From NCBI GenBank assembly GCA_964016885.1, contig OZ024747.1:43214001-43278000 (forward strand): a DNA stretch of 64,000 bases. The letters are read 5' to 3'. Position numbers and translations under genes: made by a program. The DNA comes from Eledone cirrhosa (Eukaryota). The notes beneath the pieces are model-generated. The model saw nothing but the letters and a program-made list of their open reading frames with translations, had not been told where the DNA came from and ran no database searches. Shown piece after piece: positions 40,120 to 53,599 of this stretch (the stretch's first letter is position 1; every line of letters begins with the position of its first letter).

Positions 40120-43100
40120 ACTGCTTTACAGTGTGGGCTGGGCAGTTTTTGTTGTAGCACCAAAACGACTGCTTTACAGTGTGGGCTGGGCAGTTTTTGT
40201 TGTAGCACCAAAACGACTGCTTTACAGTGTGGACTTGGCAGTTTTTGTTGTAGCACCAAAACGACTGCTTTACAGTGTGGACTTGGCAGTTTTTGTTGTA
40301 GCACCAAAACGACTGCTTTACAGTGTGGGCTGGGCAGTTTTTGTTGTAGGACCAAAACGACTGCTTTACAGTGTGGACTTGGCAGTTTTTGTTGTAGCAC
40401 AAAAATGACTGCTTTACAGTGTGGACTTGGCAGTTTTTGTTGTAGCACCAAAACGAGTCCTTTACAGTGTGGACTTGGCACTTTTTGTTGTAGCACCAAA
40501 ACGACTGCTTTACAGTGTGGACTTGGCACTTTTTGTTGTAGCACCAAAACGACTGCTTTACAGTGTGGGCTGGGCAGTTTTTGTTGTAGCACCAAAACGA
40601 CTGCTTTACAGTGTGGACTTGGCACTTTTTGTTGTAGCACCAAAACGACTGCTTTACAGTGTGGGCTGGGCAGTTTTTGTTGTAGCACCAAAACGACTGC
40701 TTTACAGTGTGGACTTGGCACTTTTTGTTGTAGCACCAAAACGACTGCTTTACAGTGTGGGCTGGGCTGTTTTTGTTGTAGCACCAAAACGACTGCTTTA
40801 CAGTGTGGATTTGGCACTTTTTGTTGTAGCACCAAAACGACTGCTTTACAGTGTGGGCTGGGCAGTTTTTGTTGTAGCACCAAAACGACTGCTTTACAGT
40901 GTGGGCTGGGCAGTTTTTGTTGTAGCACCAAAACGACTGCTTTACAGTGTGGACTTGGCACTTTTTGTTGTAGCACCAAAACGACTGCTTTACAGTGTGG
41001 GCTGGGCAGTTTTTGTTGTAGCACCAAAACGACTGCTTTACAGTGTGGACTTGCCAGTTTTTGTTGTAGCACCAAAACGACTGCTTTACAGTGTGGGCTG
41101 GGCAGTTTTTGTTGTAGCACCAAAACGACTGCTTTACAGTGTGGACTTGGCACTTTTTGTTGTAGCACCAAAACGACTGCTTTACAGTGTGGGCTGGGCA
41201 GTTTTTGTTGTAGCACCAAAACGACTGCTTTACAGTGTGGGCTGGGCAGTTTTTGTTGTAGCACCAAAACGACTGCTTTACAGTGTGGACTTGGCAGTTT
41301 TTGTTGTAGCACAAAAATGACTGCTTTACAGTGTGGACTTGGCAGTTTTTGTTGTAGTAACAATACCATTGCTTTACAGTGTGGACTGGGCAGTTTTTGT
41401 TTTAACGCTAAAACGACTGCGTTACATGTGGACTTGGCAGTTCTTGTTGTAGCACCAAAACGACTGCTTTACAGTGTGGACTTGGCACTTTTTGTTGTAG
41501 CGCCAAAACGACTGCGTTACAGTGTGTACTTGGCACTTTTTCTTGTAGCACCAAAACGACTGCTTTACAGTGTGGGCAGGGCAGTTTTTGTTGTAGCACC
41601 AAAACGACTGCTTTACAGTGTGGACTTGGCTGTTTTTGTTGTAGCACCAAAACGACTGCTTTACAGTGTGGGCTGGGCAGTTTTTGTTGTAGCACCAAAA
41701 CGACTGCTATACAGTGTGGATTTGGCACTTTTTGTTGTAGCACCAAAACGACTGCTTTACAGTGTGGGCTGGGCAGTTTTTGTTGTAGCACCAAAACAAC
41801 TGCTTTACATTGTGGACTTGGCAGTTTTTGTTGTAGCACCAAAACGACTGCTTTACAGTGTGGGCTGGGCAGTTTTTGTTGTAGCACCAAAATGACTGCT
41901 TTACAGTGTGGACTTGGCAGTTTTTGTTGTAGCACCAAAACGACTGCTTTACAGTGTGGACTTGGCACTTTTTGTTGTAGCACCAAATCGACTGCTTTAC
42001 AGTGTGGACTTGGCACTTTTTGTTGTAGCACCAAAACGACTGCTTTACAGTGTGGGCTGGGCAGTTTTTGTTGTAGCACCAAAACGACTGCTTTACAGTG
42101 TGGGCTGGGCAGTTTTTGTTGTAGCAACAAAACGACTGCTTTACAGTGTGGGCTGGGCAGTTTTTTGTTGTAGCACCAAAACGACTGCTTTACAGTGTGG
42201 GCTGGGCAGTTTTTGTAGTAGCAACAAAACGACTGCTTTACAGTGTGGACTTGGCAGTTTTTGTTGTAGCACCAAAACGACTGCTTTACAGTGTGGGCTG
42301 GGCAGTTTTTGTTGTAGCACCAAAACGACTGCTATACAGTGTGGACTTGGCACTTTTTGTTGTAGCACCAAAACGACTGCTTTACAGTGTGGGCTGGGCA
42401 GTTTTTGTTGTAGCACCAAAACGACTGCTTTACAGTGTGGACTTGGCACTTTTTGTTGTAGCACCAAAACGACTGCTTTACAGTGTGGGCTTGGCACTTT
42501 TTGTTGTAGCACCAAAACGACTGCTTTACAGTGTGGGCTGGGCAGTTTTTGTTGTAGCACCAAAACGACTGCTTTACAGTGTGGGCTGGGCAGTTTTTGT
42601 TGTAGCACCAAAACGACTGCTTTACAGTGTGGACTTGGCAGTTTTTGTTGTAGCACCAAAACGACTGCTTTACAGTGTGGACTTGGCAGTTTTTGTTGTA
42701 GCACCAAAACGACTGCTTTACAGTGTGGGCTGGGCAGTTTTTGTTGTAGGACCAAAACGACTGCTTTACAGTGTGGACTTGGCAGTTTTTGTTGTAGCAC
42801 AAAAATGACTGCTTTACAGTGTGGACTTGGCAGTTTTTGTTGTAGCACCAAAACGAGTCCTTTACAGTGTGGACTTGGCACTTTTTGTTGTAGCACCAAA
42901 ACGACTGCTTTACAGTGTGGACTTGGCACTTTTTGTTGTAGCACCAAAACGACTGCTTTACAGTGTGGGCTGGGCAGTTTTTGTTGTAGCACCAAAACGA
43001 CTGCTTTACAGTGTGGACTTGGCACTTTTTGTTGTAGCACCAAAACGACTGCTTTACAGTGTGGGCTGGGCAGTTTTTGTTGTAGCACCAAAACGACTGC

Positions 43101-44870
43101 TTTACAGTGTGGACTTGGCACTTTTTGTTGTAGCACCAAAACGACTGCTTTACAGTGTGGGCTGGGCTGTTTTTGTTGTAGCACCAAAACGACTGCTTTA
43201 CAGTGTGGATTTGGCACTTTTTGTTGTAGCACCAAAACGACTGCTTTACAGTGTGGGCTGGGCAGTTTTTGTTGTAGCACCAAAACGACTGCTTTACAGT
43301 GTGGGCTGGGCAGTTTTTGTTGTAGCACCAAAACGACTGCTTTACAGTGTGGACTTGGCACTTTTTGTTGTAGCACCAAAACGACTGCTTTACAGTGTGG
43401 GCTGGGCAGTTTTTGTTGTAGCACCAAAACGACTGCTTTACAGTGTGGACTTGCCAGTTTTTGTTGTAGCACCAAAACGACTGCTTTACAGTGTGGGCTG
43501 GGCAGTTTTTGTTGTAGCACCAAAACGACTGCTTTACAGTGTGGGCTGGGCAGTTTTTGTTGTAGCACCAAAACGACTGCTTTACAGTGTGGACTTGGCA
43601 GTTTTTGTTGTAGCACAAAAATGACTGCTTTACAGTGTGGACTTGGCAGTTTTTGTTGTAGTAACAATACCACTGCTTTACAGTGTGGACTGGGCAGTTT
43701 TTGTTTTAACGCTAAAACGACTGCGTTACATGTGGACTTGGCAGTTCTTGTTGTAGCACCAAAACGACTGCTTTACAGTGTGGACTTGGCACTTTTTGTT
43801 GTAGCGCCAAAACGACTGCGTTACAGTGTGTACTTGGCACTTTTTCTTGTAGCACCAAAACGACTGCTTTACAGTGTGGGCAGGGCAGTTTTTGTTGTAG
43901 CACCAAAACGACTGCTTTACAGTGTGGACTTGGCTGTTTTTGTTGTAGCACCAAAACGACTGCTTTACAGTGTGGGCTGGGCAGTTTTTGTTGTAGCACC
44001 AAAACGACTGCTATACAGTGTGGATTTGGCACTTTTTGTTGTAGCACCAAAACGACTGCTTTACAGTGTGGGCTGGGCAGTTTTTGTTGTAGCACCAAAA
44101 CAACTGCTTTACATTGTGGACTTGGCAGTTTTTGTTGTAGCACCAAAACGACTGCTTTACAGTGTGGGCTGGGCAGTTTTTGTTGTAGCACCAAAATGAC
44201 TGCTTTACAGTGTGGACTTGGCAGTTTTTGTTGTAGCACCAAAACGACTGCTTTACAGTGTGGACTTGGCACTTTTTGTTGTAGCACCAAATCGACTGCT
44301 TTACAGTGTGGACTTGGCACTTTTTGTTGTAGCACCAAAACGACTGCTTTACAGTGTGGGCTGGGCAGTTTTTGTTGTAGCACCAAAACGACTGCTTTAC
44401 AGTGTGGGCTGGGCAGTTTTTGTTGTAGCAACAAAACGACTGCTTTACAGTGTGGGCTGGGCAGTTTTTTGTTGTAGCACCAAAACGACTGCTTTACAGT
44501 GTGGGCTGGCCAGTTTTTGTAGTAGCAACAAAACGACTGCTTTACAGTGTGGACTTGGCAGTTTTTGTTGTAGCACCAAAACGACTGCTTTACAGTGTGG
44601 GCTGGGCAGTTTTTGTTGTAGCACCAAAACGACTGCTATACAGTGTGGACTTGGCACTTTTTGTTGTAGCACCAAAACGACTGCTTTACAGTGTGGGCTG
44701 GGCAGTTTTTGTTGTAGCACCAAAACGACTGCTTTACAGTGTGGACTTGGCACTTTTTGTTGTAGCACCAAAACGACTGCTTTACAGTGTGGGCTTGGCA
44801 CTTTTTGTTGTAGCACCAAAACGACTGCTTTACAGTGTGGGCTGGGCAGTTTTTGTTGTAGCACCAAAAC
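40120..44870 (+). repeat. Higher-order duplication, period 2400 then 2304 bp
   Basis: GTAGGACC variant at 40350/42750 (2400); ORF pairs 41408/43712 and 41892/44196 (2304) after a two-monomer loss. Confidence 0.87.
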
Positions 44871-47149
44871 GACTGCTTTACAGCGTGGACTTGGCAGTTT
44901 CTGTTGTAGCACCAAAACGACTGCTTTACAGTGTGGGCTGGGCAGTTTTTGTTGTAGCACCAAAACGACTGCTTTACAGTGTGGACTTGGCAGTTTTTGT
45001 TGTAGCACCAAAACGACTGCTTTACAGTGTGGGCTGGGCAGTTTTTGTTGTAGCACCAAAACGACTGCTTTACAGTGTGGACTTGGCACTTTTGTTGTAG
45101 CACCAAAACGACTGCTTTACAGTGTGGACTTGGCAGTTTTTGTTGTAGCACCAAAACGACTGCTTTACAGTGTGGGATGGGCAGTTTTTGTTGTAGCACC
45201 AAAACGACTGCTTTACAGTGTGGGCTGGGCAGTTTTTGTTGTAGCACCAAAACGACTGCTTTACAGTGTGGACTTGGCAGTTTTTGTTGTAGCACCAAAA
45301 CGACTGCTTTACAGTGTGGGCTGGGCAGTTTTTGTTGTAGCACGAAAACGACTGCTTTACAGTGTGGACTTGGCAGATTTTGTTGTAGCACCAAAACGAC
45401 TGCTTTACAGTGTGGACTTGGCAGTTTTTGTTTTAGCACCAAAACGACTGCTTTACAGTGTGGACTTGGCACTTTTTGTTGTAGCACCAAAACGACTGCT
45501 TTACAGTCTGGGCTGGGCAGTTTTTGTTGTAGCACCAAAACGACTGCTTTACTGTGTGGGCTGGGCAGTTTTTGTTGTAGCACCAAAACGACTGCTTTAC
45601 AGTGTGGACTTGGCAGTTTTTGTTGTAGCACCAAAACGACTGCTTTACAGTGTGTGCTGGGCACTTTTTGTTGTAGCACCAAAACGACTGCTTTACAGTG
45701 TGGGCTGGGCAGTTTTTGTTGTAGCACCAAAACGACTGCTTTACAGTGTGGACTTGGCAGTTTTTGTTGTAGCACCAAAACGACTGCTTTACAGTGTGGG
45801 CTGGGCAGTTTTTGTTGTAGCACCAAAACGACTGCTTTACAGTGTGGACTTGGCAGTTTTTGTTGCAGCACCAAAACGACTGCTTTACAGTGTGGGCTGG
45901 GCAGTTTTTGTTGTAGCACCAAAACGACTGCTTTACAGTGTGGACTTGGCACTTTTTGTTGTAGCACCAAAACGACTGCTTTACAGTGTGGACTTGGCAG
46001 TTTTTGTTGTAGCACCAAAACGACTGCTTTACAGTGTGGGCTGGGCAGTTTTTGTTGTAGCACCAAATCGACTGCTTTACAGTGTGGGCTGGGCAGTTTT
46101 TGTTGTAGCACCAAAACGACTGCTTTACAGTGTGGGCTGGGCAGTTTTTGTTGTAGCACCAAAACGACTGCTTTACAGTGTGGGCTGGGCAGTTTTTGTT
46201 GTAGCACCAAAACGACTGCTTTACAGTGTGGACTTGGCAGTTTTTGTTGTAGCACCAAAACGACTGCTTTACAGTGTGGGCTGGGCAGTTTTTGTTGTAG
46301 CACCAAAACGACTGCTTTACAGTGTGGACTTGGCAGTTTTTGTTGTAGCACCAAAACGACTGCTTTACAGTGTGGACTTGGCACTTTTTGTTGTAGCACC
46401 AAAACGACTGCTTTACAGTGTGGACTTGGCAGTTTTTGTTGTAGCACCAAAACGACTGCTTTACAGTGTGGGCTGGGCAGTTTTTGTTGTAGCACCGAAT
46501 CGACTGCTTTACAGTGTGGGCTGGGCAGTTTTTGTTGTAGCACCAAAACGACTGCTTTACAGTGTGGGCTGGGCAGTTTTTGTTGTAGCACCAAAACGAC
46601 TGCTTTACAGTGTGGGCTGGGCAGTTTTTGTTGTAGCACCAAAACGACTGCTTTACAGTGTGGACTTGGCAGTTTTTGTTGCAGCACCAAAACGACTGCT
46701 TTACAGTGTGGGCTGGGCAGTTTTTGTTGTAGCACCAAAACGACTGCTTTACAGCGTGGACTTGGCAGTTTTTGTTGTAGCACCAAAACGACTGCTTTAC
46801 AGTGTGGGCTGGGCAGTTTTTGTTGTAGCACCAAAACGACTGCTTTACAGTGTGGACTTGGCACTTTTTGTTGTAGCACCAAAACGACTGCTTTACAGTG
46901 TGGGCTGGGCAGTTTTTGTTGTAGCACCAAAACGACAGCTTTACAGTGTGGACTTGGCACTTTTGTTGTAGCACCAAAACGACTGCTTTACAGTGTGGAC
47001 TTGGCAGTTTTTGTTGTAGCACCAAAACGACTGCTTTACAGTGTGGGATGGGCAGTTTTTGTTGTAGCACCAAAACGACTGCTTTACAGTGTGGGCTGGG
47101 CAGTTTTTGTTGTAGCACCAAAACGACTGCTTTACAATGTGGACTTGGC

Positions 47150-50100
47150 AGTTTTTGTTGTAGCACCAAAACGACTGCTTTACAGTGTGGGCTGGGCAGT
47201 TTTTGTTGTAGCACCAAAATGACTGCTTTACAGTGTGGACTTGGCAGATTTTGTTGTAGCACCAAAACGACTGCTTTACAGTGTGGACTTGGCAGTTTTT
47301 GTTGTAGCACCAAAACGACTGCTTTACAGTGTGGACTTGGCACTTTTTGTTGTAGCACCAAAACGACTGCTTTACAGTCTGGGCTGGGCAGTTTTTGTTG
47401 TAGCACCAAAACGACTGCTTTACTGTGTGGGCTGGGCAGTTTTTGTTGTAGCACCAAAACGACTGCTTTACAGTGTGGACTTGGCAGTTTTTGTTGTAGA
47501 GTGTGTGCTGGGCACTATTTGTTGTAGCACCAAAACGACTGCTTTACAGTGTGGGCTGGGAAGTTTTTGTTGTAGCACCAAAACGACTGCTTTACAGTGT
47601 GGACTTGGCAGTTTTTGTTGTAGCACCAAAACGACTGCTTTACAGTGTGGGCTGGGCAGTTTTTGTTGTAGCACCAAAACGACTGCTTTACAGTGTGGAC
47701 TTGGCAGTTTTTGTTGCAGCACCAAAACGACTGCTTTACAGTGTGGGCTGGGCAGTTTTTGTTGTAGCACCAAAACGACTGCTTTACAGTGTGGACTTGG
47801 CACTTTTTGTTGTAGCACCAAAACGACTGCTTTACAGTGTGGACTTGGCAGTTTTTGTTGTAGCACCAAAACGACTGCTTTACAGTGTGGGCTGGGCAGT
47901 TTTTTTTGTAGCACCAAAACGACTGCTTTACAGTGTGGGCTGGGCAGTTTTTGTTGTAGCACCAAAACGACTGCTTTACAGTGTGGGCTGGGCAGTTTTT
48001 GTTTTAACACCAAAACGAATGCTTTACAGTGTGGACTTGGCACTTTTTGTTGTAGCACCAAAACGACTGCTTTACAGTGTGGGCTGGGCAGTTTTTGTTG
48101 TAGCACCAAAACGACTGCTTTACAGTGTGGGCTGGGCAGTTTTTGTTGTAGCACCAAAACGACTGCTTTACAGTGTGGACTTGGCACTTTTTGTTGTTGC
48201 ACCAAAACGACTGCTTTACAGTGTGGGCTGGGCAGTTTTTGCTGTAGCACCAAAACGACTGCTTTACAGTGTGGGCTGGGCAGTTTTTGTTGTAGCACCA
48301 AAACGACTGCTTTACAGTGTGGACTTGGCAGTTTTTGTTGTAGCACCAAAACGACTGCTTTACAGTGTGGGCTGGGCAGTTTTTGTTGTAGGACCAAAAC
48401 GACTGCTTTACAGTGTGGACTTGGCAGTTTTTGTTGTAGCACAAAAATGACTGCTTTACAGTGTGGACTTGGCAGTTTTTGTTGTAGCACCAAAACGAGT
48501 CCTTTACAGTGTGGACTTAGCACTTTTTGTTGTAGCACCAAAACGACTGCTTTACAGTGTGGACTTGGCACTTTTTGTTGTAGCACCAAAACGACTGCTT
48601 TACAGTGTGGGCTGGGCAGTTTTTGTTGTAGCACCAAAACGACTGCTTTACAGTGTGGATTTGGCACTTTTTGTTGTAGCACCAAAACAACTGCTTTACA
48701 GTGTGGACTTGGCAGTTTTTGTTGTAGCACCAAAACGACTGCTTTACAGTGTGGGCTGGGCAGTTTTTGTTGTAGCACCAAAATGTCTGCTTTACAGTGT
48801 GGACTTGGCAGTTTTTGTTGTAGCACCAAAACGACTGCTTTACAGTGTGGACTTGGCACTTTTTGTTGTAGCACCAAAACGACTGCTTTACAGTCTGGGC
48901 TGGGCAGTTTTTGTTGTAGCACCAAAACGACTGCTTTACTGTGTGGGCTTGGCAGTTTTTGTTGTAGCACCAAATCGACTGCTTTACAGTGTGGACTTGG
49001 CAGTTTTTGTTGTAGCACCAAAACGACTGCTTTACAGTGTGTGCTGGGCAGTTTTTGTTGTAGCACCAAAACGACTGCTTTACATTGTGGACTTGGCACT
49101 TTTTGTTGTAGCACCAAAACGACTGCTTTACAATGTGGACTTGGCACTTTTTGTTGTAGCACCAAAACGACTGCTTTACAGTGTGGGCAGTTTTTGTTGT
49201 AGCACCAAAACGACTGCTATACAGTGTGGACTTGGCAGTTTTTGTTGCAGCACCAAAACGACTGCTTTACAGTGTGGGCTGGGCAGTTTTTGTTGTAGCA
49301 CCAAAACGACTGCTTTGCAGTGTGGACTTGGCACTTTTTGTTGTAGCACCAAAACGACTGCTTTACAGTGTGGACTTGGCAGTTTTTGTTGTAGCACCAA
49401 AACGACTGCTTTACAGTGTGGACTTGGCAGTTTTTGTTGTAGCACCAAAACGACTGCTTTACAGTGTGGGCTGGGCAGTTTTTGTTGTAGCACCAAAATG
49501 ACTGCTTTACAGTGTGGACTTGGCAGATTTTGTTGTAGCACCAAAACGACTGCTTTACAGTGTGGACTTGGCAGTTTTTGTTGTAGCACCAAAACGACTG
49601 CTTTACAGTGTGGACTTGGCACTTTTTGTTGTAGCACCAAAACGACTGCTTTACAGTCTGGGCTGGGCAGTTTTTGTTGTAGCACCAAAACGACTGCTTT
49701 ACTGTGTGGGCTGGGCAGTTTTTGTTGTAGCACCAAAACGACTGCTTTACAGTGTGGACTTGGCAGTTTTTGTTGTAGAGTGTGTGCTGGGCACTATTTG
49801 TTGTAGCACCAAAACGACTGCTTTACAGTGTGGGCTGGGAAGTTTTTGTTGTAGCACCAAAACGACTGCTTTACAGTGTGGACTTGGCAGTTTTTGTTGT
49901 AGCACCAAAACGACTGCTTTACAGTGTGGGCTGGGCAGTTTTTGTTGTAGCACCAAAACGACTGCTTTACAGTGTGGACTTGGCAGTTTTTGTTGCAGCA
50001 CCAAAACGACTGCTTTACAGTGTGGGCTGGGCAGTTTTTGTTGTAGCACCAAAACGACTGCTTTACAGTGTGGACTTGGCACTTTTTGTTGTAGCACCAA

Positions 50101-51860
50101 AACGACTGCTTTACAGTGTGGACTTGGCAGTTTTTGTTGTAGCACCAAAACGACTGCTTTACAGTGTGGGCTGGGCAGTTTTTTTTGTAGCACCAAAACG
50201 ACTGCTTTACAGTGTGGGCTGGGCAGTTTTTGTTGTAGCACCAAAACGACTGCTTTACAGTGTGGGCTGGGCAGTTTTTGTTTTAACACCAAAACGACTG
50301 CTTTACAGTGTGGACTTGGCACTTTTTGTTGTAGCACCAAAACGACTGCTTTACAGTGTGGGCTGGGCAGTTTTTGTTGTAGCACCAAAACGACTGCTTT
50401 ACAGTGTGGGCTGGGCAGTTTTTGTTGTAGCACCAAAACGACTGCTTTACAGTGTGGACTTGGCACTTTTTGTTGTTGCACCAAAACGACTGCTTTACAG
50501 TGTGGGCTGGGCAGTTTTTGCTGTAGCACCAAAACGACTGCTTTACAGTGTGGGCTGGGCAGTTTTTGTTGTAGCACCAAAACGACTGCTTTACAGTGTG
50601 GACTTGGCAGTTTTTGTTGTAGCACAAAAATGACTGCTTTACAGTGTGGACTTGGCAGTTTTTGTTGTAGTAACAATACGACTGCTTTACAGTGTGGGCT
50701 GGGCAGTTTTTGTTGTAGCACCAAAACGACTGCTTTACAGTGTGGGCTGGGCAGTTTTTGTTGTAGCACCAAAACGACTGCTTTACAGTGTGGACTTGGC
50801 AGTTCTTGTTGTAGCACCAAAACGACTGCTTTACAGTGTGGACTTGGCACTTTTTGTTGTAGCGCCAAAACGACTGCGTTACAGTGTGTACTTGGCACTT
50901 TTTCTTGTAGCACCAAAACGACTGCTTTACAGTGTGGGCAGAGCAGTTTTTGTTGTAGCACCAAAACTATTGCTTTACAGTGTGGACTTGGCAGTTTTTG
51001 TTGTAGCACCAAAACGACTGCTTTACAGTGTGGGCTGGGCAGTTTTTGTTGTAGCACCAAAACGACTGCTTTACAGTGTGGATTTGGCACTTTTTGTTGT
51101 AGCACCAAAAGGACTGCTTTACAGTGTGGGCTGGGCAGTTTTTGTTGTAGCACCAAAACAACTGCTTTACAGTGTGGACTTGGCAGTTTTTGTTGTAGCA
51201 CCAAAACGACTGCTTTACAGTGTGGGCTGGGCAGTTTTTGTTGTAGCACCAAAATGTCTGCTTTACAGTGTGGACTTGGCAGTTTTTGTTGTAGCACCAA
51301 AACGACTGCTTTACAGTGTGGACTTGGCACTTTTTGTTGTAGCACCAAAACGACTGCTTTACAGTCTGGGCTGGGCAGTTTTTGTTGTAGCACCAAAACG
51401 ACTGCTTTACTGTGTGGGCTGGGCAGTTTTTGTTGTAGCACCAAAACGACTGCTTTACAGTGTGGACTTGGCAGTTTTTGTTGTAGCACCAAAACGACTG
51501 CTTTACAGTGTGTGCTGGGCAGTTTTTGTTGTAGCACCAAAACGACTGCTTTACATTGTGGACTTGGCACTTTTTGTTGTAGCACCAAAACGACTGCTTT
51601 ACAATGTGGACTTGGCACTTTTTGTTGTAGCACCAAAACGACTGCTTTACAGTGTGGGCAGTTTTTGTTGTAGCACCAAAACGACTGCTATACAGTGTGG
51701 ACTTGGCAGTTTTTGTTGCAGCACCAAAACGACTGCTTTACAGTGTGGGCTGGGCAGTTTTTGTTGTAGCACCAAAACGACTGCTTTACAGTGTGGACTT
51801 GGCACTTTTTGTTGTAGCACCAAAACGACTGCTTTACAGTGTGGACTTGGCAGTTTTTGT
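47150..51860 (+). repeat. Higher-order duplication, offsets 2279 and 2471 bp, marked by 20-bp and 5-bp deletion monomers
   Basis: 20-bp deletion junction GTAG|AGTGTG at 47499 and 49778; 5-bp deletion GTGTGGGCAG at 49181 and 51652. Confidence 0.87.
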
Positions 51861-53599
51861 TGTAGCCCCAAAACGACTGCTTTACAGTGTGGGCTGGCAG
51901 TTTTTGTTGTAGCACCAAAACGACTGCTTTACAGTGTGGGCTGGGCAGTTTTTGTTGTAGCACCAAAACGACTGCTTTACAGTGTGGGCTGGGCAGTTTT
52001 TGTTGTAACACCAAAACGACTGCTTTACAGTGTGGACTTGGCACTTTTTGTTGTAGCACCAAAACGACTGCTTTACAGTGTGGACTTGGCACTTTTTGTT
52101 GTAGCACCAAAACGACTGCTTTACAGTGTGGGCTGGGCAGTTTTTGTTGTAGCACCAAAACGACTGCTTTACAGTTTGGGCTGGGCAGTTTTTGTTGTAG
52201 CACCAAAACGACTGCTTTACAGTGTGGACTTGGCACTTTTTGTTGTAGCACCAAAACGACTGCTTTACAGTGTGGGCTGGGCTGTTTTTGTTGTAGCACC
52301 AAACGACTGCTTTACAGTGTGGATTTGGCACTTTTTGTTGTAGCACCAAAACGACTGCTTTACAGTGTGGGCTGGGCAGTTTTTGTTGTAGCACCAAAAC
52401 GACTGCTTTACAGTGTGGGCTGGGCAGTTTTTGTTGTAGCACCAAAACAACTGCTTTACAGTGTGGACTTGGCACTTTTTGTTGTAGCACCAAAACGACT
52501 GCTTTACAGTGTGGGCTGGGCAGTTTTTGTTGTAGCACCAAAACGACTGCTTTACCATGTGGACTTGCCAGTTTTTGTTGTAGCACCAAAACGACTGCTT
52601 TACAGTGTGGGCTGGGCAGTTTTTGTTGTAGCACCAAAACGACTGCTTTACAGTGTGGACTTGGCACTTTTTGTTGTAGCACCAAAACGACGGCTTTACA
52701 GTGTGGGCTGGGCAGTTTTTGTTGTAGCACCAAAACGACTGCTTTACAGTGTGGACTTGGCAGTTTTTGTTGTAGCACCAAAACGACTGCTTTACAGTGT
52801 GGACTTGGCGCTTTTCGTTGTAGCACCAAAACGACTGCTTTACAGTGTGGGCTGGGCAGTTTTTGTTGTAGCACCAAAACGACTGCTTTACAGTGTGGAC
52901 TTGGCGCTTTTTGATGTAGCACCAAAACGACTGCTTTACAGTGTGGGCTGGGCTGTTTTTGTTGTAGCACCAAACGACTGCTTTACAGTGTGGATTTGGC
53001 ACTTTTTGTTGTAGCACCAAAACGACTGCTTTACAGTGTGGGCTGGGCAGTTTTTGTTATAGCACCAAAACGACTGCTTTACAGTGTGGACTTGGCGCTT
53101 TTCGTTGTAGCACCAAAACGACTGCTTTACAGTGTGGGCTGGGCAGTTTTTGTTGTAGCACCAAAACGATTGCTTTACAGTGTGGACTTGGCACTTTTTG
53201 TTGTAGCACCAAAACGACTGCTTTACAGTGTGGACTTGGCACTTTTTGTTGTAGCACCAAAACGACTGCTTTACAGTGTGGGCTGGGCAGTTTTTGTTGT
53301 AGCACCAAAACGACTGCTTTACAGTGTGGACTTGGCACTTTTTGTTGTAGCACCAAAACGACTGCTTTACAGTGTGGGCTGGGCTGTTTTTGTTGTAGCA
53401 CCAAAACGACTGCTTTACAGTGTGGATTTGGCACTTTTTGTTGTAGCACCAAAACGACTGCTTTACAGTGTGGGCTGGGCAGTTTTTGTTGTTGCACCAA
53501 AACGACTCCTTTACAGTGTGGGCTGGGCAGTTTTTGTTGTAGCACCAAAACGACTGCTTTACAGTGTGGACTTGGCACTTTTTGATGTAGCACCAAAAC

